Of a stretch of DNA of 64,000 nt, positions 19,477 to 29,074 are shown piece by piece. Position numbers and translations under genes: made by a program. Each line of letters opens with the position of its first letter. Position 1 is the stretch's first letter. The notes below the pieces were generated by a model, which worked only from the letters and a program-made list of their open reading frames with translations, was not told the DNA's origin and ran no database searches. Origin of the DNA: Syntrophorhabdaceae bacterium (GTDB lineage: Bacteria > Desulfobacterota > Syntrophorhabdia > Syntrophorhabdales > Syntrophorhabdaceae); contig CAXXUO010000004.1 of NCBI GenBank assembly GCA_963666485.2, positions 32,001 to 96,000 of the forward strand. Reading direction: 5' to 3'.

Positions 19477-20376
19477 TTACTTCTTGTACTGGTCCCGGTT
19501 TGCGATGAAATCCTCAAACATGGCGTCTATCAGTTCAGGCCATGCAGGAGGAGAATAGCCGGTCTTTGTCCGGAACCGGTCAGACCTTAGCGAACGGTCG
19601 AGCGATATGCCGTCGTACGCCTCGATATCGGCAGACCTGCCATACTTTTTCGCAACGAGCTTCAGGAGATCGAATTTGCTGATCGGTTCCGACGAAACAT
19701 GGAAAAGGCCCGACAGGTCCGGCGCCGGTATCACGTATCGATGAATGATCCGCGCAAACTCGATCGTCGGGAACCCCGTGTAAATGGCTTTTCTAAATCC
19801 TTTTACCGGGCCGCTCTCGCCCAGGAACCACTCGACCAGGCCATACCGGCTCCCGAGCTCATGCCCGATGATCGATGTCCGCAGGGTAACGCACCCGGGG
19901 TAATCGACCTCCCCGATCAGCTTGGTTCTCCCGTACAGGTCGTCGGGGGCCGGTGCATCGTCCTCCTCGTACGCCCCTTTCTTTCCGTCGAACACGCAGT
20001 CCGTGCTGATATGTATCATGCGTATGCCCGCGTCGCGGCATGCCCGTGCAACAACATGGGGGAAAAGCGCGTTTATCCTGACAGAAATGACAGCATCGCT
20101 GGCGGCCGGCAATTGCTTGATGATCCCTATGCAATTGATCACCACGGAAGGTCTTAATTCCCGAATGAGGGTTATTACCTGATCGGGATCGCCGGCATCC
20201 AGGTTCCCCGGGATAAAACGCCGCGCAAGCTCTGCCGGGAAGATATCCCTTAGTCTTGCAGAACTGCGTGACGTCGCATAAACTTCATACCCGGTCTGTG
20301 CCTCGAAATACCTCAAGAGGACATGCCCGAGCATCCCGGTGCCGCCGAGGACCAATATCTTTCCTGATTCATTCAC
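19477..20376 (-). CDS. RmlD-like SDR reductase (WbvR/QnlA-like)
   Basis: Motifs [32 protein letters not shown] and LRTSIIGHE. No cupin domain, unlike FnlB/CapF. Confidence 0.85.
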   Translation of the reverse strand: MNESGKILVLGGTGMLGHVLLRYFEAQTGYEVYATSRSSARLRDIFPAELARRFIPGNLDAGDPDQVITLIRELRPSVVINCIGIIKQLPAASDAVISVRINALFPHVVARACRDAGIRMIHISTDCVFDGKKGAYEEDDAPAPDDLYGRTKLIGEVDYPGCVTLRTSIIGHELGSRYGLVEWFLGESGPVKGFRKAIYTGFPTIEFARIIHRYVIPAPDLSGLFHVSSEPISKFDLLKLVAKKYGRSADIEAYDGISLDRSLRSDRFRTKTGYSPPAWPELIDAMFEDFIANRDQYKK

Positions 20377-20402
20377 GCTGTGCGTGCCCCCCCCGCGCCG
20401 TA

Positions 20403-21416
20403 CTACGATCTCAGCTCATCCTGGATATAGTCCAGTTGCAGGAGCTTCTCTTTTATCTCTTCTACATTCAGTTGTCTCGTGTTGTGCGAATTGTAATCGT
20501 CCAGATGCGACAACTGTTCTGCGCCTTCCGTGAAATACTTGTTATAATTGAGGTCCCGGTCATCGGGAACGATGCGGTAATAGTCTTTCAGGTCCTCGGC
20601 CTTGGCCAGCTCTTCCCGCGTCAGCAATGTCTCGTATAATTTTTCCCCGTGACGCGTCCCGATGATCCTGATCTCGCTATCCGCGTTGAAGATCTCCTTG
20701 AGCGCCTGTGCCAGGTCCCCTATCGTGCTTGCAGGGGCCTTTTGAACGAATATATCGCCCTGCCTCGCGTTCCTGAACGCATAGGTCACGAGGTCCACCG
20801 CATCATCGAGCGACATGAGGAACCGCGTCATGTTGGGGTCCGTGACAGTAAGTGGCTTCCTCTCCTTGATCTGTTTAACAAACAGAGGGATAACAGAACC
20901 CCGCGAAGCCATAACGTTCCCGTAGCGCGTGCCGCATAATACGGTCTTCGCGCCGTTGTCGAGGGTGCGTGCCTTTGCGACCATGAGCTTTTCCATCAAG
21001 GCCTTCGACATGCCCATCGCGTTGATGGGATACACCGCCTTGTCCGTGCTGAGGACTATCACCCGTTCGACATTGTGGGCCAGACCGACGTTGAGGACGT
21101 TTTCTGCACCCAGGATATTTGTCCGGACCGCCTCCATGGGATAGAACTCACAGGACGGTACCTGCTTGAGGGCAGCGGCGTGAAATATGAGGTCGACCCC
21201 GCTCATCGCGAAGTCAAGACTTTCATAGTTCCTGACGTCCCCGATATAGAACTTCACCTTCGGGTTGTTAAGCTCGATCCGCATGTCTTCCTGCTTCTTT
21301 TCATCCCGGCTGAACACACGGATCTCCCTGACCTCGGTATCCAGGAACCTTTTCAGGACGGAGTTCCCGAAGGACCCGGTCCCGCCGGTTATCATCAATG
21401 TTTTGCCTGCAAACAC
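20403..21416 (-). CDS. fnlA: UDP-GlcNAc 4,6-dehydratase/5-epimerase (FnlA/WbjB/CapE)
   Basis: Motifs ITGGTGSFG, FSRDEKKQ, FHAAALKQVPSCEF, STDKAVYPINAMG, RYGNVMASRGSVIP and IGTRHGEK. Confidence 0.93.
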   Translation of the reverse strand: MFAGKTLMITGGTGSFGNSVLKRFLDTEVREIRVFSRDEKKQEDMRIELNNPKVKFYIGDVRNYESLDFAMSGVDLIFHAAALKQVPSCEFYPMEAVRTNILGAENVLNVGLAHNVERVIVLSTDKAVYPINAMGMSKALMEKLMVAKARTLDNGAKTVLCGTRYGNVMASRGSVIPLFVKQIKERKPLTVTDPNMTRFLMSLDDAVDLVTYAFRNARQGDIFVQKAPASTIGDLAQALKEIFNADSEIRIIGTRHGEKLYETLLTREELAKAEDLKDYYRIVPDDRDLNYNKYFTEGAEQLSHLDDYNSHNTRQLNVEEIKEKLLQLDYIQDELRS

Positions 21417-21493
21417 GTAAAACCTCCTCGGGATTTACTTCACGAATCACAAATTATAAAGACTTATCCGCGATCTATAAAGGTATTTATGCT

Positions 21494-23911
21494 TCAGGAA
21501 AAATCATTGCCCGAAGCAGGCCTTAAAACCCGCGTGAGCCGCGCCTGAAGAAGTCCGAGGATAAAGAACCCGAAAATACCCGGATACGGCTGACGAAGGC
21601 CCACCTTTAACGAATTGTCTATCCCGAATATGACGAACACGGCCAGGACCGACGCCATCAATGAGGCATGCACCGTGAGACCTGTCCGCGCCCTGTAAAC
21701 AAGCAGCGCGCTGTATATCAACAGCGCCAGGAGCGGGGCCAATGAAAGCAGCCCGAAATGGAACAAAAGATCGAGATAGTAATTATAGGCACTCGGGTGC
21801 ACCGATCTGTCCGGGTACTCATGGTGCCCGAAAAAAAACTCCCGTGCACTTGAGAACACCTCTTTCCCGTAAAAACCCCACTGATCGAGCCTGTCGCCCA
21901 AAGTCACCGGCGACGATACCCGCGTGAGATCGTATTTTTCATGTGAGGTCCTTACAGCACCGTTCAACGTCGCGGTATTCCCCATCACCCCGGGATTACC
22001 GATCAGTACAGCGTAGGATAGACCGGTCAGAAAAGCTATCGCGATCACCCTGACCATCATCCTGCGCAGCGGGGCCTTCCGTGCATAGGCAGGCAGGGCG
22101 GCAGCGGCCACCATGATCATCAATATCAGGAGTGCTTCGAATGTGAAAGAGGCCGCGGCGTACAGGCAGACGACGGGCATCATGAAGGCGAGCAACCGGC
22201 GCCATGTGCCGGAGTTGTCCCAGAGGCATATCAGCGCCGATCCATATATCGTCACAAACACTACCGGTACGTACGTCACATGCTGATAGATACTGAATAC
22301 GTATAAATACGGCGTAAGGATGAACAGGCCCTGGGCCCATGAGCAAAAAAGCTGCACCGGGACCAGCACGCAGATCACGACAAAACATGTTTTTTCGAAC
22401 TCGTACTGCTTTGAGATGGCTCCATACATGTCTCCGAGCACAAGGGCCAGGACCGGGAGCAGGTACTGGGCCATCAGGATCAACCGGGCAGCCTGGGTCT
22501 TGGCATCCTGCACTGTCAAGGATGCAAGCACCATGAAAACGGCCATGAGAAAAAAGACCGTGAGCGAACGATTGATGCCGCGGAACTGACCAAGGACCAT
22601 TGTGCCGGTCACGAGTGCAATGACCGAGACAGGGATCGGCAATTGGTTCAGGGCCCTGCCCGTATCGAAAATGAACGCCTGACTGGCAAAGATGTTGCCC
22701 CCCAGTTGAAAAAATACCGGAAGTGCAATGAAGGCGGCAAGGCCGAACAATTGCACTTTCTCGACAGATGCCGACAGACCGGTCCTTCGCGTACTCCAGT
22801 AAAAACATAGCGTAAGAACCGCGTTAAAAAGATAGAGGCCTTCCAGGGACCGGCCGCCAAGGATATAGCAAAAGTAGGGCGGCGCGATCGCGATGAGAAC
22901 GTTTGACAGAACATCCGCACCGAACAACTCGATGTTCATCCCCCGCTGCAGCATCACAATACGTCGATGGAGCGCAACCATCATAACCGCTCCGCCCGCT
23001 AGCGACAATCCAGTGGTGGTCCAGAATGTATGTCCTTTCCTGAGCCATGTTGCCGTTTCCGGGTATACCGCCGAAATGATCGTGACACAAACTCCCGTCA
23101 CGAGCAATCCCGGGCAGACCATGCCGACGATCTTCGACGACATCTTTTTACCCTCTCCGGCATGTTCCCTCAGGACGAGACTCGGTCCGATCGAACTGCT
23201 GTAAAGGGTGGATAGCAGGCTGCCGATCGCAAAAGCAGTAAAAAGATCGCCGGCGACCACCCGGCCCACCAGAAGGATGACAGAGAGCCTGAACACATAG
23301 ACAGTAATTCCTATAATGCTGGTCGACCCGATGTTTGGCGTTAATCTTCCCAGGTTATGCATCAGGCTCATGCGCTCACGTGCTTTCCTTATTCTTCCGG
23401 TAAAGGCCGGAACAAGCGGCGCGAGGGCCCAGGGCACAATTGCGGATGCCGGCGTAACATTCATCCAGAACACCAGGAGCACGGCCAGAACAAAGGTCAG
23501 GCACTCTGCGATCACCGCAAGAAGCGCAGGCCTCACGTGCTGCTGAACCTCGTGGTCGCTCAAGAAGATCTCGCCGACCCATTCGCAACACCGGCGCAGG
23601 ATCAAGACGATCGCCAGGACATAACTGACCGACCCTACGATCGACCCAAGAATGAGGCAGGCGGCCGCAAGGGGTATCATGAGGGCCAGGCGCGCACGGA
23701 GCAGGACATGGGGCACCGAGCCTGTCGGGTCGGCAAATATAACGTTCCGGGCGTTGGCCGAGAATGCGTAGAACAGGGCAAGGGTGGCGCCCTGCACTAC
23801 CGCTATGTCCGCAGTGAGGTCAGGCGCCCCCGCCAACCCGCACACGAGCATAAGAGCGGTCATAGAAAAGGAATTCAGCAGTATCGCCGATGAAAATATG
23901 TATATGTTCAC
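21494..23911 (-). CDS. Large polytopic membrane protein: N-terminal Wzx-like half fused to a C-terminal O-antigen ligase/polymerase-like half
   Basis: Likely GTG start at 23911 overlapping the upstream stop (GTGA). About 805 aa with many hydrophobic helices. The C-terminal R..QW..Y...FFFGH...HPSAYNYYLDLLFHFGLL resembles the Wzy_C motif. Confidence 0.7.
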   Translation of the reverse strand: MNIYIFSSAILLNSFSMTALMLVCGLAGAPDLTADIAVVQGATLALFYAFSANARNVIFADPTGSVPHVLLRARLALMIPLAAACLILGSIVGSVSYVLAIVLILRRCCEWVGEIFLSDHEVQQHVRPALLAVIAECLTFVLAVLLVFWMNVTPASAIVPWALAPLVPAFTGRIRKARERMSLMHNLGRLTPNIGSTSIIGITVYVFRLSVILLVGRVVAGDLFTAFAIGSLLSTLYSSSIGPSLVLREHAGEGKKMSSKIVGMVCPGLLVTGVCVTIISAVYPETATWLRKGHTFWTTTGLSLAGGAVMMVALHRRIVMLQRGMNIELFGADVLSNVLIAIAPPYFCYILGGRSLEGLYLFNAVLTLCFYWSTRRTGLSASVEKVQLFGLAAFIALPVFFQLGGNIFASQAFIFDTGRALNQLPIPVSVIALVTGTMVLGQFRGINRSLTVFFLMAVFMVLASLTVQDAKTQAARLILMAQYLLPVLALVLGDMYGAISKQYEFEKTCFVVICVLVPVQLFCSWAQGLFILTPYLYVFSIYQHVTYVPVVFVTIYGSALICLWDNSGTWRRLLAFMMPVVCLYAAASFTFEALLILMIMVAAAALPAYARKAPLRRMMVRVIAIAFLTGLSYAVLIGNPGVMGNTATLNGAVRTSHEKYDLTRVSSPVTLGDRLDQWGFYGKEVFSSAREFFFGHHEYPDRSVHPSAYNYYLDLLFHFGLLSLAPLLALLIYSALLVYRARTGLTVHASLMASVLAVFVIFGIDNSLKVGLRQPYPGIFGFFILGLLQARLTRVLRPASGNDFS

Positions 23912-25050
23912 GAATCCCTGTTCAGGATGGAACTGAAGAGTTCCATGTAAAGCCGGGCAGCACTGTCCCACATAAATCTTTCGGCCACGTAGTGCCGGAG
24001 ATTCTCTCCCATGCCGCGGATGGCCGCGCCCTTCCCTAACATTTCCATAAGCCCGCTGTATATGGCGTCTGAAGTTGCCTGCACGACAACACCTCCTCCG
24101 ATCACGGAAATGTCGTCGAACCCGCATTGATCGGTGATCACGACGGGAAGCCCCGCGGCCCCGGCCTCGAGAACCACGATCGACATAGCTTCCTGCCGTG
24201 AAGGTATCACGAGCATATCCGCAGCATGAAGGGCATGCGATTTATCAATCCCGCCTACATACCCGATAAAATGCACCCTGTCCGCCACCCCCGCGTTTAC
24301 GGTCAGGTGACGCAGAAGGGACATCATCCCGGCATCAGGCCCGGCGAAAACGAGGTGGTGGGGAAAGCGGCCCTCCCCCGCAACCCGGGCGAAGGCTTCA
24401 AGCAAGAGATCGGGCCCTTTGATCGCGTTCAGCCTACCCATGAAAAGCAGGAACGGTACGTCCGGGATCCTGTACTTCTTTCTAAACCCAACGTCATCCG
24501 CCGCAACGTATTCCGACCCGTCAACGCCGTTGGGGATCAGGGTGATCATCCCAGGTTCAACACCGTAACATGCTATATCATCAACCTCCTTGCGGGAAAT
24601 GGCGATGACCTTCTTTGCGTGCCGAATGATCTTTCTCCCGAGCACGCAGTCGTAGATGCTCTTGAGCGTTCTCGACCTGCCGAAAATAGGTATCGAACCC
24701 GCCGGGCATATTATGTACGGTTTCCCCAGTTGCCTCAGGTACCGGAACACGATCCCGTTGAGGACCGTCCAGTGATTCATAAGCTGGACGACATCGGCGT
24801 GGCGGACGAGTTCCGATATCGTGTTCCAGGACAGGGAAGGAAGGAAATATCGTTCAAGCCGGCAGGGCAGAGCAACTACCCGAACGCTGCCGGCTTTGTT
24901 CCTCAGATCCCCGTTGACCCCTATGTCAAGGGTAAGGATCGTACAATCAGCCCCCATCGACGCCAGGGCGCGGCTGACCTGCAGCGTGCGCTCTGCTGTC
25001 CCCCCTCCGGACACAGGGTCAAGAATATTATTTACATTGAGGATTTTCAT
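23908..25050 (-). CDS. GT4 glycosyltransferase
   Basis: Start MKILNVNN (25050). Motifs GGTAERT, LIPNGVD, LFMGRLNAIKGPDLL and PSRQEAMSIVVLEA. Confidence 0.9.
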   Translation of the reverse strand: MKILNVNNILDPVSGGGTAERTLQVSRALASMGADCTILTLDIGVNGDLRNKAGSVRVVALPCRLERYFLPSLSWNTISELVRHADVVQLMNHWTVLNGIVFRYLRQLGKPYIICPAGSIPIFGRSRTLKSIYDCVLGRKIIRHAKKVIAISRKEVDDIACYGVEPGMITLIPNGVDGSEYVAADDVGFRKKYRIPDVPFLLFMGRLNAIKGPDLLLEAFARVAGEGRFPHHLVFAGPDAGMMSLLRHLTVNAGVADRVHFIGYVGGIDKSHALHAADMLVIPSRQEAMSIVVLEAGAAGLPVVITDQCGFDDISVIGGGVVVQATSDAIYSGLMEMLGKGAAIRGMGENLRHYVAERFMWDSAARLYMELFSSILNRDS

Positions 25051-26651
25051 TGCGGTAACGCCGGGCGCCCCGGCGCTTGCGCCAGTGAGGCAACCTTGAT
25101 GAGAACGTAAACGGCGATCACGTTCAGGACCATGGTGCCGAGAAGCATGTACGTTTGCCCCGGGGCGTACCCGAAATGGGCATATCGATATGCCAGGACC
25201 TGGGCCATCAGCGCACACAGGATAACGTTGCCCCCGCCAAACCTGTAGACGAACCACTCCATCGCCGCCCCGAAGATGCCTGCGACGAACATTCCCCCGA
25301 AAAGGAACAGGTATGACCCGGGATAATAAAGAAATGCAAGTATCCCCGGCAGATTGATAAAATGAAATTCCGCCAGATCGAGTTTAACATAGGGAGAGAA
25401 CAGAATAGTCTGGTCATACAGGCTCGTCCCGGTATGGGAAAACTTTTCTTGCCATGCTTTTTTCCAGAGCCCCCAGCCAAGCCGAGGGTAACTGCTTACC
25501 GCCATGGTGCCCTCTATCCCGACCCAGCGGTCGATCAATAGCAGTTTTATATTTTTTCCGGCGGTTATATAAAAAACCTCCCAATCCAGCATCCAGTCTA
25601 AGCCAACGTCCTGAGGTTTTGGAATTTCCCGGTCGGGAAATTTTCGCTTCCTGCTTTTCTCAACCGTTACGGGGCTTCCGGTCCTGTCAGGGGTGCCCGA
25701 AACTGTATAACTGCTCGCGGCACGCACGATTCGTGCATGATCCGGCACCGGTCCGGATCGTTTTTCCAGAGCCGGTGCGGCATGCCTGAACATGCGAATA
25801 TGATTTACGGCAAATACGGACAGCGCAAATAAGCCCGCAAAGGCAACGATCACCGTCACCTTGAAGAAATTGCTCAGATGAACAGCCCGCCTTTTGGCCG
25901 TCTCGTTCATACCGAACAATACTGAACTCCCGTTCAGTATCATACCCCTGCTCAACATAGCTGAATTCGAAAAGAAACATTCCAGGAGGCTAATGACTGA
26001 AGCAGTGTACGGGTTCCTATTTTGCTGAAACTCGCAATCCAGGATAACGGCCGAAAATGAGCTGAGGCCAAATAGAAGAAGCCAGGTATAGACCCCGTTC
26101 AAGCCGAACGGCAGGACCATCCGGGGTACCGTGCCGCGCTGATAGATGCCGTACATGATATTCGTGTACGCGACCGCCAAAAAAAGAAAACAAAATAAGC
26201 CAAGTATGACCCGCCGGTTATTCCGGTAGAATCCATAGAGGGATTCCATCCTGCTTGTAAGCTCAACATTCCGGTTATACGAGAAAAATGACCTTCGCAC
26301 GAAATGTGCCAGCAACAAACCCAGCGCACCGCACGACGAGACGAGCAATGCCCGGTCATACGCCGCCCCGCTGAAATCAAAAAGGCCGACCGGTTCCTGG
26401 AAAAGACCGGCCATACAGGCTATCCGTACAGAAAACTTGAACCAGAAACCCAGCCAGAAGAAAAGCCCTATAAAAGTGTCAAAGAAGATCTTATGTTTGC
26501 AAAAACCAAGGATAAGAAGGCTGTTAAAGGACAATGTAAATAAAAGATAAATGAGGACATTGCCCGTATAACTCTTCGCCGAAGAGAAAGTGAGCACCCC
26601 TGCCACTATTAAAAAACCATACAGGCATATTGTTTTTGCCCTAAGTTTCAT
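25047..26651 (-). CDS. Polytopic membrane protein, candidate O-antigen polymerase (Wzy-like)
   Basis: 534 aa with about 10 hydrophobic segments and a large hydrophilic loop, positioned among glycosyltransferases. Confidence 0.55.
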   Translation of the reverse strand: MKLRAKTICLYGFLIVAGVLTFSSAKSYTGNVLIYLLFTLSFNSLLILGFCKHKIFFDTFIGLFFWLGFWFKFSVRIACMAGLFQEPVGLFDFSGAAYDRALLVSSCGALGLLLAHFVRRSFFSYNRNVELTSRMESLYGFYRNNRRVILGLFCFLFLAVAYTNIMYGIYQRGTVPRMVLPFGLNGVYTWLLLFGLSSFSAVILDCEFQQNRNPYTASVISLLECFFSNSAMLSRGMILNGSSVLFGMNETAKRRAVHLSNFFKVTVIVAFAGLFALSVFAVNHIRMFRHAAPALEKRSGPVPDHARIVRAASSYTVSGTPDRTGSPVTVEKSRKRKFPDREIPKPQDVGLDWMLDWEVFYITAGKNIKLLLIDRWVGIEGTMAVSSYPRLGWGLWKKAWQEKFSHTGTSLYDQTILFSPYVKLDLAEFHFINLPGILAFLYYPGSYLFLFGGMFVAGIFGAAMEWFVYRFGGGNVILCALMAQVLAYRYAHFGYAPGQTYMLLGTMVLNVIAVYVLIKVASLAQAPGRPALPQ

Positions 26652-26679
26652 GGGATTTTCTTTGAATTGGCGCGCGAAA

Positions 26680-27520
26680 TCACCGGCTATCTTTTATTCC
26701 GATTTTCTGCACAACAAAGTTCATTTCGACAGGATGGTTGATCCTGCGGGTTATTGACCTGTAAAAGTTGTCACCGAATATTTTCATATGGCGCAGCATC
26801 CATCGGCAAGCTCCGCCTGGCGAACTGGATCCTGAACCTGTAGCGCTGATCGCCGCTTATAAAACCGCATAACTGCCATTCGGTTAAGTGCATGTTGAAT
26901 ATCTTTTCCACCAGGAGCCGCACGCTGAATTCGTCAAAACTCCTCACATGAGCAAAATCATAAGGATAATTGGGGTCGAAATATTTTCCCGAGGTCTTCA
27001 CGGTACGGCACCCGCACGATGAGAAAGCCGCCCGGTTTCAAGACGTCAATAATATTCCTGAACGCAAGGTTCAGGTCAAAGACATGCTCCAGTACATCCG
27101 TGCACACTATGCAGTCAAAATAGTCCCTCTCGTAGGGCATATCTTCCACAAGGCTTAAAGCAACCTTAATACCTTTCGCCTTCGCGTATTCAAGATATGG
27201 CATCGCAATATCGATACCATACCGCTCCAGTTGCGGAAATTTATCCAGGATCCTCCCCATTCCCACGCCAACGTCGAGTATGTTCACGGCATGGACCGAA
27301 TATTTCCTGATCAAATCCGCTGTGCTGTCCTCGAGTTCACGCCAATGGTCTTCGTCCATAAAAGGATTTTTCCCCGTTTGCTCGAAATGGCCCAGATGGT
27401 CCCGCGCTATGGCCTGGTAATTCTCGATGTAGAAATCCGGCTCTGAAAAAACCGGTATTCCATTGACGACCTGCTTTGGACTGCCCGGTAGATACCGCGT
27501 TCATTTTCTGTTTTTTTCAT
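26680..27520 (-). pseudogene. Class I SAM-dependent methyltransferase, frameshifted (about 3 indels)
   Basis: Motifs ILDVGVGMG, DVLEHVFD and LKPGGFLIVRVP. The ATG at 27520 overlaps the wzx stop. Single-base corrections give MKKTENERGIYRAVPKQVV...LGKYFDPNYPY...PVEMNFVVQK. Confidence 0.75.
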
Positions 27521-28989
27521 GTCGCTTTCACACGTTTATAAGAGAATAGTTTTTCTTTCAGGAAGATTCGTTCGTCTTTCGTAAGCATTAGGAAGCCTGC
27601 AGTGATAAACAAGATCACGACCAACGCAAAATAACCTGCCTCGAGCGATATTCTGGCCTGCCTGTGGATCATCGAACTTGAAACTACCAGAATTAATAGT
27701 GAAAAAAATGTGCAGAGCCGCACCCATTCATATCGTACTCGTACGTACGTCTTCCTGCGGTAATAATTCCACGCATACTGCAATCCCGCCATCAATAAAT
27801 GGCTCAAGGCCAGTGCAATGCCGGCTCCGACCAACCCCATAGATTTAATAAAGGCTATGTTCAAAAGGATTGAAAATATGGCGGCGATCCCCTGCACCAA
27901 ACTGACATATTTGACTTCCCCGGTGTAGTACATCCCGGGGAGCAGCATGTTGAAGATACCGATAAAGAACTGGGCGCTGGCGGCAAATCCGACGATCACG
28001 AAGGCGTTATGGAACGCCGGTTGGGTTGCGAGGGAAATGATCAATTTTGACCCGGCGAAAAACAGGGCGCACAATGTTCCCGCAAAAAATACATAATACG
28101 TAAAAATACGCCCAAACAAGATCTCGGTATCGTTCTGCCGTTCCATGTAGGACATGAAGAACGGGTACCAAGCGGTAGAGATGGCACCCACGGCAAGACT
28201 CAATACTGTTCCCACGCTGAAGCCGATCGAATAAATGCCGACTGTATCCAATCCCTCGTAATACTGCAGAATATACCGGTTGCTCTGCAGCAATATGTAA
28301 AGGAACGCAAAACTCGGGATAAGGGGGATCCCCAGGCGCAAAAGGTTGCCCGCTATCGAACGGTTGACGCCGAATGTTGTTTCCCGGATACCGATCACCG
28401 CAAAGATCAGGAAACCGAGCGACTGGCTGGCAATTTGACTGAGGACCATGCCAAGAATTCCCCAACCCAGAAAGACTACGGTCACGACACTTGTGCCAAT
28501 CGATATGGCAGCAAGGAAGAAGGTGATGACGACAAATCTCTTTGCCTGTTCCTCAAACTGGATCCGCTGGACAAAGGGCATCGAGATTATTTCCAGTGCG
28601 CAGCCTGTTAATGCCAGGGATATCAGATAGAAGTACGACTGCGGGATCGAAAGGAATCTGCCCATCCACCCTGCGAAGAGCCAGGCGGTTGCGGCAAGAA
28701 CCGCGGCGGCGCAAAGAAGGATAAAGAAGGTTGTCCATACCGTTTCGGATTTTTGCCTGTTGTTATTACCCTCGAAATAACTGGGCCCTATAGCTGCATT
28801 TAAGCCGAGGTTGAAGACCGAGGTCCCTACCATGGTCAACAATGCTATCAATGCGAGAACGCCATAGTCCTTGGGCGCCAGGTAAGCCGTATATACGGGC
28901 AGGAGGAGCAGGTTCATGACCCGCGTCGTCATGCTGCCCGCACCGTATATAAGCGAGTTTTTACCCAGTCGAAGTATCTGACTTGCCAT
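27517..28989 (-). CDS. wzx: Oligosaccharide flippase (Wzx family)
   Basis: Motifs LGKNSLIYG, LLLPVYTAYLAPKDYG, LLRLGIPL, VGIYSIG and GLVGAGIA. About 12-14 TM segments. Confidence 0.88.
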   Translation of the reverse strand: MASQILRLGKNSLIYGAGSMTTRVMNLLLLPVYTAYLAPKDYGVLALIALLTMVGTSVFNLGLNAAIGPSYFEGNNNRQKSETVWTTFFILLCAAAVLAATAWLFAGWMGRFLSIPQSYFYLISLALTGCALEIISMPFVQRIQFEEQAKRFVVITFFLAAISIGTSVVTVVFLGWGILGMVLSQIASQSLGFLIFAVIGIRETTFGVNRSIAGNLLRLGIPLIPSFAFLYILLQSNRYILQYYEGLDTVGIYSIGFSVGTVLSLAVGAISTAWYPFFMSYMERQNDTEILFGRIFTYYVFFAGTLCALFFAGSKLIISLATQPAFHNAFVIVGFAASAQFFIGIFNMLLPGMYYTGEVKYVSLVQGIAAIFSILLNIAFIKSMGLVGAGIALALSHLLMAGLQYAWNYYRRKTYVRVRYEWVRLCTFFSLLILVVSSSMIHRQARISLEAGYFALVVILFITAGFLMLTKDERIFLKEKLFSYKRVKAT

Positions 28990-29074
28990 TTTTTAAAAGA
29001 CCCTGGCGATCATGGCGCACGGTTCCATGCGATCTGCCATGCCCCGTCGATCTCCGGGTATAAAACACCGGCCG

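Noticed and set aside
23912..24127. N-terminal extensions given by the ORF track (877-aa ORF; likewise 25051-25257, 19443-19517, 43023-43073, 50179-50265, 51868-51909, 54658-54750, 61082-61117)
   Set aside because: They overlap upstream genes. Downstream starts with an RBS or stop-start coupling fit the family N-termini better.
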